This document shows, piece after piece, positions 30,923 through 39,707 of a stretch of DNA of 64,000 nucleotides. Position 1 is the stretch's first letter; each line of letters opens with the position of its first letter. A model generated the notes under the pieces. The model made no database searches, had not been told where the DNA came from, and saw only the letters and a list, made by a program, of their open reading frames with translations. The stretch comes from an uncultured Ruminococcus sp. (GTDB taxonomy: Bacteria; Bacillota; Clostridia; Oscillospirales; CAG-272): positions 65,013-129,012 of the forward strand of contig CACYWW010000005.1 of NCBI GenBank assembly GCA_902778145.1, in the 5' to 3' direction. The position numbers and the translations under genes were made by a program.

Positions 30923-32038
30923 ATGTATCACGTAACGTTCAAAGGGCTTGAGAACGTATCGTTCGAATTTTCGCCCGTCGCCTTCACGGTATTCGGAAAG
31001 CCGATATACTGGTACGGCATCGTTATCACCATAGGTATCATCCTCTCCGCGCTTTACGCGTTCTGGCGTGCAAAAAAGCTCGGTATCAAGATCGACGACA
31101 TGTATGATTACGCAATATTCATAGTGATATTCGGCGTCATCGGAGCGCGGCTCTATTACGTTCTGACGAATTTGTCCGATTACCGGACCTTTAAGGACGT
31201 TATAGCCATTTGGAACGGCGGACTTGCGATATACGGCGGCATAATTGCCGGCGTGATAACCGTGATCGTCGTATCAAAGGTAAAGAAGATAAAGGTACTG
31301 CGCGTCCTTGACGCGATTGCGCCGTCCGTGATGATCGGTCAGATCCTCGGCAGATGGGGCAATTACTTCAATCAGGAGGCGTTCGGCTGCAATACGACGC
31401 TTCCGTGGGGCATGAGATCGTACGTCGTCCAGGGCACCGGCATCGGCGAGAACCTTCAGGGTACTGTTGAATACCTCGGTGAATACGTACAGAAAAAATC
31501 GGACGAGATACAGGCGCTCGGCATGAAGATAGATCCGCAGGGCTTCGTCCACCCAACGTTCTTATACGAGGGCATCTGGAACCTTATCGGGTTTATCATA
31601 ATAAATATATTCTATAAAAAGCGCAAATTCGACGGGCAGATGTTTCTCATGTATATCACCTGGTACGGACTCGGACGCGGTTTCATTGAAATGCTGCGTA
31701 CGGATTCGCTTTTCATCCCGGAAACGCATATAAGGATCTCGATGGCGGTCGGCTTCCTCTGCTTTATCGCGGGGACCGCGCTTCTGATCGCGCTTGCCGT
31801 AAGAGCCGGAAAGGATCCCGAGGCTGTTTCGTCCTGTGCGTACTACGACGAAAAAGCCGAGAAAATGAAGGCTGAAGCCGAAGCCAAGGCAAAAGCGGAA
31901 GCAGAAGCCGAAGCTGAAGCAGAAACAGAAACAGAAACGAAAACAGAAACAGAAGCCGAGCCCGAAGCGGAAGCGGAAGAAGAAACCAAGCCCGAAGCCG
32001 AGAAAACACCGGAGGACGATCATGGCAATGATAATTGA
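30923..32038 (+). CDS. lgt: prolipoprotein diacylglyceryl transferase with acidic low-complexity C-terminal tail
   Basis: 'YGIVITIG', 'GARLYYV', 'GGLAIYGG' and 'GRWGNYFNQEAFG' are hallmark Lgt blocks. The last ~70 aa are an (A/E/K/T/P) repeat. Confidence 0.9.
   Translation: MYHVTFKGLENVSFEFSPVAFTVFGKPIYWYGIVITIGIILSALYAFWRAKKLGIKIDDMYDYAIFIVIFGVIGARLYYVLTNLSDYRTFKDVIAIWNGGLAIYGGIIAGVITVIVVSKVKKIKVLRVLDAIAPSVMIGQILGRWGNYFNQEAFGCNTTLPWGMRSYVVQGTGIGENLQGTVEYLGEYVQKKSDEIQALGMKIDPQGFVHPTFLYEGIWNLIGFIIINIFYKKRKFDGQMFLMYITWYGLGRGFIEMLRTDSLFIPETHIRISMAVGFLCFIAGTALLIALAVRAGKDPEAVSSCAYYDEKAEKMKAEAEAKAKAEAEAEAEAETETETKTETEAEPEAEAEEETKPEAEKTPEDDHGNDN
31858..31995 (+). repeat. GAA/GCC-rich hexanucleotide-type low-complexity repeat encoding the Lgt tail
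   Basis: gaagccgaagccaaggcaaaagcggaagcagaagccgaagctgaagcagaaacagaaacagaaacgaaaacagaaacagaagccgag... Confidence 0.8.
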
Positions 32039-32870
32039 CGGAAAAGCGATCTCCGGACAGATCCGAGAGGAAATAAAAGAGAAAGTCACCGGCTTTATAT
32101 CGAAGTACGGCAAAGCGCCGTCTCTGACGGTCATCATCGTCGGCGAGGATCCCGCGTCGCAGGTCTACGTCAGAAACAAGGCGCGCGCGTGTGAGCAGGT
32201 CGGGATAAGATCCGAGGTAATAAGGCTTCCGGAAGATACGGATGAATCGTCTCTCGTTTCGCTGATAGAAAAGCTGAACGGCGAAAGCGGCGTGAACGGA
32301 ATACTCGTGCAGCTGCCGCTCCCGCGCGGGATCGACGAGAAAAAGATCATACTGGCGATCGACCCGAAAAAGGACGTGGACGCGTTCTGTTACGAAAACG
32401 TCGGCAGGATACTGACGGGAGATTACGATCTTCTTCCCTGCACGCCCGCCGGCGTGATGGAGCTTCTGAGGCGCTCCGGTATAGAAGTTTGCGGAAAGGA
32501 CTGCGTAGTTGTCGGCAGGAGCAATATCGTCGGCAAGCCGATGGCGGCGCTTCTGATGCACAAAAACGGCACGGTCACCGTCTGCCACTCGAAGACCGCG
32601 GATCTCGCCTCACATACAAGGAGAGCGGACATAATCGTCGCGGCGGTCGGCAAGCCCGGTTTTATCACGGCGGATATGATAAAGGAAGGCGCGGTTCTGA
32701 TAGACGTCGGCATCAACCGCACGGCGGACGGGAAGCTGAAGGGCGATATTGACTTCGACGGCTGCTTTGAAAAGGCGGCGGCGATCACCCCGGTACCCGG
32801 CGGAGTCGGCCCGATGACGGTCACGATGCTGCTTCAGAACACTCTGAAGGCGGCTGAAAAGCAGATTTAA
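32022..32870 (+). CDS. folD: bifunctional methylenetetrahydrofolate dehydrogenase/methenyl-THF cyclohydrolase
   Basis: 'IIDGKAI', 'VGEDPASQVYVRNK', 'GILVQLPLP', 'VVVGRSNIVGKP' and 'PVPGGVGPMT' motifs. Confidence 0.95.
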   Translation: MAMIIDGKAISGQIREEIKEKVTGFISKYGKAPSLTVIIVGEDPASQVYVRNKARACEQVGIRSEVIRLPEDTDESSLVSLIEKLNGESGVNGILVQLPLPRGIDEKKIILAIDPKKDVDAFCYENVGRILTGDYDLLPCTPAGVMELLRRSGIEVCGKDCVVVGRSNIVGKPMAALLMHKNGTVTVCHSKTADLASHTRRADIIVAAVGKPGFITADMIKEGAVLIDVGINRTADGKLKGDIDFDGCFEKAAAITPVPGGVGPMTVTMLLQNTLKAAEKQI

Positions 32871-32902
32871 CATATTGTTTACAAATACATTTCCTGCCGG
32901 GA

Positions 32903-32931
32903 TTGACAAATCCGGCGGAATGGGTTATAAT
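32903..32931 (+). promoter_or_regulatory. promoter of rplU-prp-rpmA
   Basis: TTGACA, 17 nt, TATAAT. The ~85-nt leader that follows may correspond to an L21-type ribosomal leader (not verified). Confidence 0.6.
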
Positions 32932-33014
32932 GTTTTGCCGCATGAAATCAGGTCATAAATATCCGGAACGGATTACCTGCGACAGCGAGTCTTATGGAAA
33001 GTGAGGATACAATC

Positions 33015-33326
33015 GTGTTTGCTATTATCGAAACAGGCGGAAAGCAGTACAAGGTAGCCGAGGGTGATTCCATCTTCGTTGAAAAGCTCGAGGTCGAGGC
33101 AGGCGACAGCTATACCTTTGACCGTGTACTTGCCGTATCTACAGATGCCGGATTCGTAGCCGGAGCTCCCACGGTGGAAGGCGCAACCGTCACCGCTACC
33201 GTTGAGAAGAACGGAAAATCGAAGAAGATCTACGTCATCAGATACAAATCCAAGAAAAACGAGAAGAAGAAACAAGGCCACAGACAGCCTTACACCAAGC
33301 TCAAAATAGAAAAGATCAACGCGTAA
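33015..33326 (+). CDS. rplU: 50S ribosomal protein L21
   Basis: (V)[13 protein letters not shown] is the canonical L21 start. GTG 33015 has GTGAGGA 7 nt upstream. Confidence 0.93.
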   Translation: MFAIIETGGKQYKVAEGDSIFVEKLEVEAGDSYTFDRVLAVSTDAGFVAGAPTVEGATVTATVEKNGKSKKIYVIRYKSKKNEKKKQGHRQPYTKLKIEKINA

Positions 33327-33685
33327 TGACCAAAATTACCTTCTATAAAACGGAGGACGGGATCTATTACGGCTTCCGCGAAACGGGTCATTCCGGTTAC
33401 GAGGACGCGGGCAAGGATATTGTCTGCGCCGCGATATCGGCGATGACGATGCTTATCATCAACACTGTTGAAGTAGCGCTCGCTTCCCCGATCGATTATA
33501 CGATCGACGAGGAAAGCACGGATATAGAGGTCGTGGCGAAGGGCGCTCTCCCGAAATACGAGAGCGACAAAAAGAAAAACTACGCCATAGCGTCTCTGTT
33601 TCTCGGTTACTATCATCAGCTGCATGATATGCTTGAGGATTATTACGAGTACCTTGATGTAGACGAGCAGGTGAAGCAAATCTGA
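33326..33685 (+). CDS. prp: ribosomal-processing cysteine protease Prp
   Basis: '[20 protein letters not shown]' His/Cys dyad context. It sits between rplU and rpmA. Confidence 0.9.
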   Translation: MTKITFYKTEDGIYYGFRETGHSGYEDAGKDIVCAAISAMTMLIINTVEVALASPIDYTIDEESTDIEVVAKGALPKYESDKKKNYAIASLFLGYYHQLHDMLEDYYEYLDVDEQVKQI

Positions 33686-33705
33686 ATGCAGGAGGAAAAA
33701 AAGCA

Positions 33706-33984
33706 ATGTTAAAACTCAGCTTGCAGTTTTTCGCGCATAAAAAAGGCGTCGGTTCTACCAAGAACGGCCGTGACAGCCGCGCTCAGAGACTCGGCGTCAA
33801 AAAGAGTGACGGACAGTCTGTCCTTGCCGGCAACATAATAGTTCGCCAGCGCGGAACACACATCCATCCCGGCCTGAACGTCGGCCGCGGTTCCGATGAT
33901 ACGCTGTTCGCATTGATAGACGGCACCGTCAAGTTTGACATAGCCGTCGGCGGCAAGAAGCGCGTAAACGTATACGCAGAATAA
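33706..33984 (+). CDS. rpmA: 50S ribosomal protein L27 with N-terminal propeptide
   Basis: '[24 protein letters not shown]': a Prp cleavage-type extension ahead of AHKKG. Confidence 0.95.
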   Translation: MLKLSLQFFAHKKGVGSTKNGRDSRAQRLGVKKSDGQSVLAGNIIVRQRGTHIHPGLNVGRGSDDTLFALIDGTVKFDIAVGGKKRVNVYAE

Positions 33985-33993
33985 AAGAGATCA

Positions 33994-34025
33994 CGCACCG
34001 CTTTCGCGGTGCGTTTTCTTTTTTC
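33994..34025. terminator. bidirectional intrinsic terminator (rpmA / SGNH gene)
   Basis: Stem cgcaccgc/gcggtgcg, flanked by an A-rich 5' side and TTTTCTTTTTT 3' side. Confidence 0.75.
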
Positions 34026-34740
34026 AGTTTTGCACGGTCAGCGCCGGATAATTCTGCATTATGAAGCGGTAGAACGACGCGGCGATCAGCGTCTGTCCTT
34101 TTTTTGTCGGATGGATCCCGTCGTCGCACATCAGCCTGCCGTAGTTCTTTTTGCCGAGGAACGGTATGCGGCAATCGCATACGCGGCAGCCGGTCTTTCT
34201 CGCGACAGCCTCGTTCACGCTCGAATAAAGCTCCTGCCAGCGTGCGATGAGCTGCGGATCGCCTCCCATCCAGCGCACGATATTTTCCCTGCTCAGTCCG
34301 TTTTTTACAATATGGTTCAGGTATTTTTCCGCGTCGATCGGCGGTATCGTCGCTATTATCGGCGTTATTCCCCGCTCTTTTATGAATTTGATGAGCGAAG
34401 TGAGCTTCTCCTCGTACTCATATATCCCGATCTTCGGCAGGTGTCTGCCGTCAGGATCCGCGGAGATCTTCGCCCAGTCGTAATCGCAGTCGTTTCCGCC
34501 TGTCTCAAGCACTATGATATCACAGCCGTAGCCCTTGTTGAGATCCGATATGATCAGCCGTCTTATGTCGTCGACCGTAGCGCCGAATTTTGAGAAATTT
34601 CTGATATCGAGCGAAAACCGATCCTTTATCGCGTTGAGCGCCGTCCCGTGTCCGGGGACGTATTTGCCCTTTTCTGGATCGTAAAGCACACCTTTCAGAA
34701 CAGAATCGCCGTAAACGTTAACAGTATATTTCTTTCCCAT
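34024..34740 (-). CDS. SGNH/GDSL-type hydrolase
   Basis: 'VYGDSV' block I (GDS), 'ETGGND' block III and 'DDGIHPT' block V. Start at ATG 34740. Confidence 0.8.
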   Translation of the reverse strand: MGKKYTVNVYGDSVLKGVLYDPEKGKYVPGHGTALNAIKDRFSLDIRNFSKFGATVDDIRRLIISDLNKGYGCDIIVLETGGNDCDYDWAKISADPDGRHLPKIGIYEYEEKLTSLIKFIKERGITPIIATIPPIDAEKYLNHIVKNGLSRENIVRWMGGDPQLIARWQELYSSVNEAVARKTGCRVCDCRIPFLGKKNYGRLMCDDGIHPTKKGQTLIAASFYRFIMQNYPALTVQN

Positions 34741-34889
34741 ATCACTACACCTCACAATACTATTTATATCATCTGGTTTTCGATACCATTATAACACATA
34801 GTTTTGATTATGTCAAGGCTTTTTTCGCTATTGACAAATGAATTTTTTTATGATATAATGGGGCATGATAAAAAAAGAGAGGCAGTAAA

Positions 34890-35420
34890 ATGGAAGATAT
34901 AGAAAAATTCAGATCGTTCAGTTGCCCGCGCTGGGAGGCGCTGCCGGAGATCGAGCTTTATATGGATCAGGTGCTGACGCTCGTATCAAAGCATTTCGGC
35001 ATCTTCATGAGCGCCGACGGGATGACGGCGTCGATGATAAACAACTACGTGAAAGCGTCGGTCGTGCCCTCTCCGAAAAAGAAAAGATACGGCAAGGAGC
35101 ATATTTCCCGTATCTTCATCATATGCGTACTTAAGCGCGTGCTTTCGATATCACAGATCGGCGCGCTCCTTGAGCTCCTTCAGAGCGATATGGACGCGGA
35201 AGCGTTATACACTCTTTTCTGTGAGAAGCTTGACAGATCAGTCAGGTATATAAGCACGATCCTGTCGGGCGCTGAAGGCAGTTATCCCGTGGAATCGGAC
35301 AAGACAGGCGCGGAGCTTGCGCTTCAATGCGCCGTCGACGCCTTCTCCAACTGCGTCCTCGCCGACGTTGTCCTCGGCAGTACGCCGAAGCGTGAGGAAG
35401 TCCCCGAGGAAAAGCAATAA
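34890..35420 (+). CDS. DUF1836-like protein
   Basis: 'LPEIELYMDQV...MTASMINNYVK...PSPKKKRY' is a pattern I recognise from DUF1836 proteins. Function unknown. Confidence 0.6.
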   Translation: MEDIEKFRSFSCPRWEALPEIELYMDQVLTLVSKHFGIFMSADGMTASMINNYVKASVVPSPKKKRYGKEHISRIFIICVLKRVLSISQIGALLELLQSDMDAEALYTLFCEKLDRSVRYISTILSGAEGSYPVESDKTGAELALQCAVDAFSNCVLADVVLGSTPKREEVPEEKQ

Positions 35421-35435
35421 AATCATGGTATTATA

Positions 35436-35485
35436 AAAACACGGCTGATACGGAGGAGCCGATCCCCGTTTCAGCCGTGTTTTTA
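35436..35485. terminator. bidirectional terminator-like long hairpin
   Basis: aaaacacggctga ... tcagccgtgtttt stem, sitting between convergent genes. Confidence 0.55.
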
Positions 35486-35491
35486 TATCAT

Positions 35492-36628
35492 TTATCTTTT
35501 TTCAAATACTCCCGCGACATCCCGCAAAAGATCGCGGATCCCGAGATGCTGAGGGCAAACGTGCTCACAGCCGCCGCAGCCGATACAGTCGGACGCTTTT
35601 CCGTGATCCTTCGTCAGCGTGCTGTGATAATACATCTTCGTATTCCAGCTGTGGAAGACGCTGTAAGCGTTGTAAGCCGAGAAAAGCTCCGGTATCACTA
35701 TATCAACAGGACACTGATTTTCTTCTATGCAGTACCTGCACGACGTACATGGGATACCGCCCATCTGTCTGAATATGGCGCAGACCCGGCCGACGGCTTC
35801 GAGCTCGCTCTCGTCAAGCGGTCTGAAGTCGCACATCGACGACAGATTGTCCTCCATCTGTTCCATACTGCTCATGCCGGAAAGCACCATCGCGACGTTG
35901 TCGAAGCTTCCGGCGAAGCGCAGAGCGTAAGAGGCGTTGGAGCCGCCGCCGAGCGCTCTCAGCACGTCGTCAGCCTCCTTCGGCAGATTAACGAGGTTTC
36001 CGCCCTTTACCGGCTCCATGACGATGACCGGCTTGCCGTGCTTTGCGCAGACCTCGCGGCAGAGGCGGCTCTGCACCGAAGGATCCTCGTAGTCGACGTA
36101 ATTGAGCTGTATCTGGACGATCTCGATCTCCGGATGCTCCGTGAGTATCATGTCGAGCACGTCGGCGCTGTCATGGAATGAGATTCCGAGATGGCGGATA
36201 AGACCTTCCTTTTTCAGCTCCGAGCAGATCTCGTACGCGCGGCAGGCTTTGAACTTCTTATAGTTTTCCCTGTTCTGGGCGTGCATGAGATAGAAGTCGA
36301 AATAATCGACTCCGCAAAGTCTGAGCTGTTCGTTGAAAAACGGTCTTATGTCCTCTTCGCTGTTGAAATACGGCTCGGTGAGCTTGTCTGTCAGCAAAAA
36401 CTCTTCTCTTTTATGTCGTTTTGAAACGCAGTCGCGTATCGCAGTCTCGCTCTTGCCGTTTATGTATCCGTGCGCCGTATCGAAATAATTGAGTCCGGAG
36501 TTGATGAAGGCGTCAGCCATACGGCAGAACTGCTCATAATCGACCTCGTCCTCCTTCATCGGCAGGCGCATGCATCCGAAGCCGAAATTACCGTTGATTT
36601 CGGGAAAGAATCTGCTTTTTTCCATCAT
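35492..36628 (-). CDS. aldo/keto reductase fused to a C-terminal 4Fe-4S ferredoxin-type domain
   Basis: AKR blocks 'GFGCMRLP', 'FDTAHGY' and 'LGISFHD', then 'CTSCRYC...C' and 'CIGCGGCEHVCP'. Confidence 0.8.
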   Translation of the reverse strand: MMEKSRFFPEINGNFGFGCMRLPMKEDEVDYEQFCRMADAFINSGLNYFDTAHGYINGKSETAIRDCVSKRHKREEFLLTDKLTEPYFNSEEDIRPFFNEQLRLCGVDYFDFYLMHAQNRENYKKFKACRAYEICSELKKEGLIRHLGISFHDSADVLDMILTEHPEIEIVQIQLNYVDYEDPSVQSRLCREVCAKHGKPVIVMEPVKGGNLVNLPKEADDVLRALGGGSNASYALRFAGSFDNVAMVLSGMSSMEQMEDNLSSMCDFRPLDESELEAVGRVCAIFRQMGGIPCTSCRYCIEENQCPVDIVIPELFSAYNAYSVFHSWNTKMYYHSTLTKDHGKASDCIGCGGCEHVCPQHLGIRDLLRDVAGVFEKR

Positions 36629-36819
36629 ATGATCTCCGTTCTTTGTACTGCATGATCATTATAATACATCTTTTTTAACTTTTCAAGTACATGATACGAT
36701 AAAAGCCGGCTGAAAGGCTGGTTATCATAAAGATGATAGAGAACCAGCCGATTGGGAGAAAAACGACAAAAACCGAACCACCCATAAGAGAACAGCCATA
36801 ATTATCTGGCTGGTTTTAA

Positions 36820-37644
36820 TCAAATTGTTTTTAACGGTATAAAATCAATATTGCGTTCATTCATGTTTTTTATAACTGAACGAACTTTTTGTGATACAAT
36901 AAAAACTTGTTGACCGTGTTCGCAAAATTTGTCTTCAGTCATAAACGCATCGACGTTTTTAGGCAATTTATCTTCAATAACTCCCATCATATACCATAAC
37001 GTTGTAGGCATATTAAGATGTGTCAATTCTTCTCCGCAGATTCTGCAGCAGGGATGTACAAATCCTCTTGGGAAATACAGCGCTTCTCTGATTAATTTTT
37101 CTGTAAAAAGCATTTGATAGACGTCGTCACGTGCCGTACCGTCTTTTCGATTGACAACTCCGAAATCAATTCCAATGATATTGTTTTGCTTAAACTGACT
37201 TACGGCTTCAGGGCTGCAAAAGATATCGTCACCCCCGCCAAATGCAGAATAAAAATTATTTTTAGGCTTCCACTTTACCCTGCTTGTAAAAACATACGGA
37301 TTAATTTGTCTTTTGTAGTGATATATGTTTTCGCTTTTGGGGCACATATCGAATTCAAATGTATCAACATCCTCATTGATATCAAATTTTTTGCATTTGC
37401 TGTCCATATATAGCCATTTTGCAGAATCAAGCTCTTCATTGGAAAACCCATATCTTGTCATTCCGATCATACAATTTTTCAGTTCAAATGCTCTTTCAAA
37501 ATACTCATTATCGCTTGATACTTCAAAGCTTAAATATTCTTTATTGTCATACCCGGTGAAAAACTTATAATCGATTGAAAAATGGTCTAAATCTTTCTTA
37601 TTTTCAGGTATATTGTCACAATATAACGTAGATAATATTTGCAT
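36820..37644 (-). CDS. hypothetical protein in an AT-rich islet (single CxxCG motif; immunity-protein-like guess only)
   Basis: The 274-aa ORF has strikingly lower G+C than all neighbours. It has RBS GGAGGATAA upstream and a 'CCRICGEE' motif. No signal peptide or TM. Confidence 0.6.
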   Translation of the reverse strand: MQILSTLYCDNIPENKKDLDHFSIDYKFFTGYDNKEYLSFEVSSDNEYFERAFELKNCMIGMTRYGFSNEELDSAKWLYMDSKCKKFDINEDVDTFEFDMCPKSENIYHYKRQINPYVFTSRVKWKPKNNFYSAFGGGDDIFCSPEAVSQFKQNNIIGIDFGVVNRKDGTARDDVYQMLFTEKLIREALYFPRGFVHPCCRICGEELTHLNMPTTLWYMMGVIEDKLPKNVDAFMTEDKFCEHGQQVFIVSQKVRSVIKNMNERNIDFIPLKTI

Positions 37645-37838
37645 AAAAATTATCCTCCAAACAGTGTTTTTCGAGCAGCTTCAAGCAAATCGGGAAAACA
37701 CCCTTATGGGAACCAGCGTAATACCGGCTTTTTCTGTTTATGTCCCGTATTTTGTGAGCGTACGCGCGGCGTCCTCACCGAGCGCTTGAAGCTCTTTTGC
37801 CCGGAGCGTTTTTTGACGCATGATCTCATGCGCCGGTT

Positions 37839-38933
37839 TCATTTCACGAGCAGCGTCTTTACGTTTTTGCCGGCGAGCGCATCTTCAAACGCACGGTTCA
37901 CGTCGCTTACCTTGTAATATGTCCCGAGTGAAAGGATCGTTTCATAAAGCTCTTCATGAGCGCAGAGAAAATCGAGATAATCACGCACGTCGATCATGGA
38001 ATACTGCGACGATCCGATCATCTGCAATGCCTTGAACGTGATCAGCTGCGGCTCGACGTGTACTCCGCCGTTGTTGCTGTATTGTCCGGGGATGAGATAC
38101 GCTCCGCGGTTCCTGAGCATGTTCATGCCCTGCGGGACGGCTGAGGGCGCGCCGGAGGCTTCAAAGCATAGATCCGCGCCGAGACCGCCGTTTTCGGACC
38201 GTATCTTTTCGGTGACGCGATCCTTGCCGTCACGGTCGAGATTCAGGACTTCGTCGGCACCGAGTCTGTAAGCGAGCTCTTCTCTGCTTTTATTGTCACC
38301 CGCGGTTATCGCGTACAGCTTTTTGACGCCGAGCGTTTTCAGATACATGACGGCGAAGGTGCCGACCGGACCGAGCCCCTGAACGACCGCGGTAGTATCC
38401 CCGTCTATGCGTATATTCGCCTGTTTCGCAAGCCTGACGGCGTGTATCGCGGTAGGCCCGGGACACGCGAACATGGCGGCGATCTTCGGGTCGAGCCCGT
38501 CCGGGATCTTCACTAGATTTGTAAGCGGCGTGTAATTCACCTCGGCGTAGCCGCCAAAGAGATACGGAGGCTCATATATGCTTCCGCCGTTCGTCACGGA
38601 CATATTGACGCAGTTGGCGTCGTCTCCGTTTCTGCAGAGCAGACATTTTCCGCACGGGACGGCGATATCGGCGATCACGTTGTCGCCCGCCTTCAGTCCG
38701 TACGCCGCCGCCTCGTCCGGATCACAGTCGACAAGACGTCCTACGAATTCATGGCCTATGACGGTGGGAGTGCCGACGGAGAGCGTGCCTCTGTAAAAAT
38801 GAAGATCGGTCCCGCAGACTCCGCTTGCGATAAGCTCTGATCTGCCGTAGCCGGACGGCGTTTCCGTCACCTCGAATTCCCTGACCTCGAACGGTACGCC
38901 CGCTCCGTTGAAAACCGCAGCTTTTGCTTTCAT
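37839..38933 (-). CDS. zinc-dependent medium-chain alcohol/polyol dehydrogenase
   Basis: 'GVCGTDLH', 'GHEFVG', structural-Zn Cys cluster 'CGKCLLCRNGDDANC', and 'VVQGLGPVG' Rossmann motif. Confidence 0.85.
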   Translation of the reverse strand: MKAKAAVFNGAGVPFEVREFEVTETPSGYGRSELIASGVCGTDLHFYRGTLSVGTPTVIGHEFVGRLVDCDPDEAAAYGLKAGDNVIADIAVPCGKCLLCRNGDDANCVNMSVTNGGSIYEPPYLFGGYAEVNYTPLTNLVKIPDGLDPKIAAMFACPGPTAIHAVRLAKQANIRIDGDTTAVVQGLGPVGTFAVMYLKTLGVKKLYAITAGDNKSREELAYRLGADEVLNLDRDGKDRVTEKIRSENGGLGADLCFEASGAPSAVPQGMNMLRNRGAYLIPGQYSNNGGVHVEPQLITFKALQMIGSSQYSMIDVRDYLDFLCAHEELYETILSLGTYYKVSDVNRAFEDALAGKNVKTLLVK

Positions 38934-38942
38934 ATGATCCTC

Positions 38943-39707
38943 CTATTCAATGTTTGTTTCCAGATATTCATTGTATATTTCCGCCGCGTGCGCCATCGTA
39001 TCCTTTGACGGCGGCTTTACGTCTTTATACGCGTATTTGAGTCCGAGCGCAGTGTACTTTGAGCTTCCGAGCCTGTGGAACGGCAGAAGATCCGCTCTGC
39101 GGGCGCCCGCCCGCACAAGCAGGCGGCAGATCTCGCGGCAATCATCATCCGAAGAGTTGAAGCCGGGTATGAAAGGTATCCTGACCCTGACGTCGGCGCC
39201 GGACGATAAAAGCTTTTGAAGATTCTCCGCAATGAGCGTAATGTCGCCGCCGATCGACGCGTATTTAACGGGATCCGCGGTCTTTATATCGAAATAGTAC
39301 AGTTCTATGAACGGCAGAACGGACTGAAACGCCCGCCACGGCACGCATCCGGCGGTATCGGCGAGCACGTCTATCCCGCGCCCGCGCAAAAGCGACGAAA
39401 GCTCCGCGGCGCCCTCGTACTGCAGAAGCGGCTCACCGCCGCTCAGAGTCACGCCTCCGCCGCCCGCGCGGTAGAATTCGATGTCCTCGGATACGTCGTC
39501 CGCGATCTCACCGGGCGTCATCATCCTGCCGTACGAAACAGAGACGCCGCCGGGATAGCTGAGCGTCTGAGGCTTAGGCGACAGCGTCTCCGGATTGTGA
39601 CACCACGGACAGCGCAGGACGCAGCCCTTGAAGAAAACCGTTGTGCGGATGCCGGGACCGTCACCCGTTGAAAAGCGCTGGATATTGCTTACGTTGATCT
39701 TCGTCAT
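38943..39707 (-). CDS. glycyl-radical enzyme activating enzyme (radical SAM)
   Basis: 'DGPGIRTTVFFKGCVLRCPWCHNPE' is the canonical PflA-type N-terminus. It overlaps the GRE stop by 4 nt. Confidence 0.9.
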   Translation of the reverse strand: MTKINVSNIQRFSTGDGPGIRTTVFFKGCVLRCPWCHNPETLSPKPQTLSYPGGVSVSYGRMMTPGEIADDVSEDIEFYRAGGGGVTLSGGEPLLQYEGAAELSSLLRGRGIDVLADTAGCVPWRAFQSVLPFIELYYFDIKTADPVKYASIGGDITLIAENLQKLLSSGADVRVRIPFIPGFNSSDDDCREICRLLVRAGARRADLLPFHRLGSSKYTALGLKYAYKDVKPPSKDTMAHAAEIYNEYLETNIE

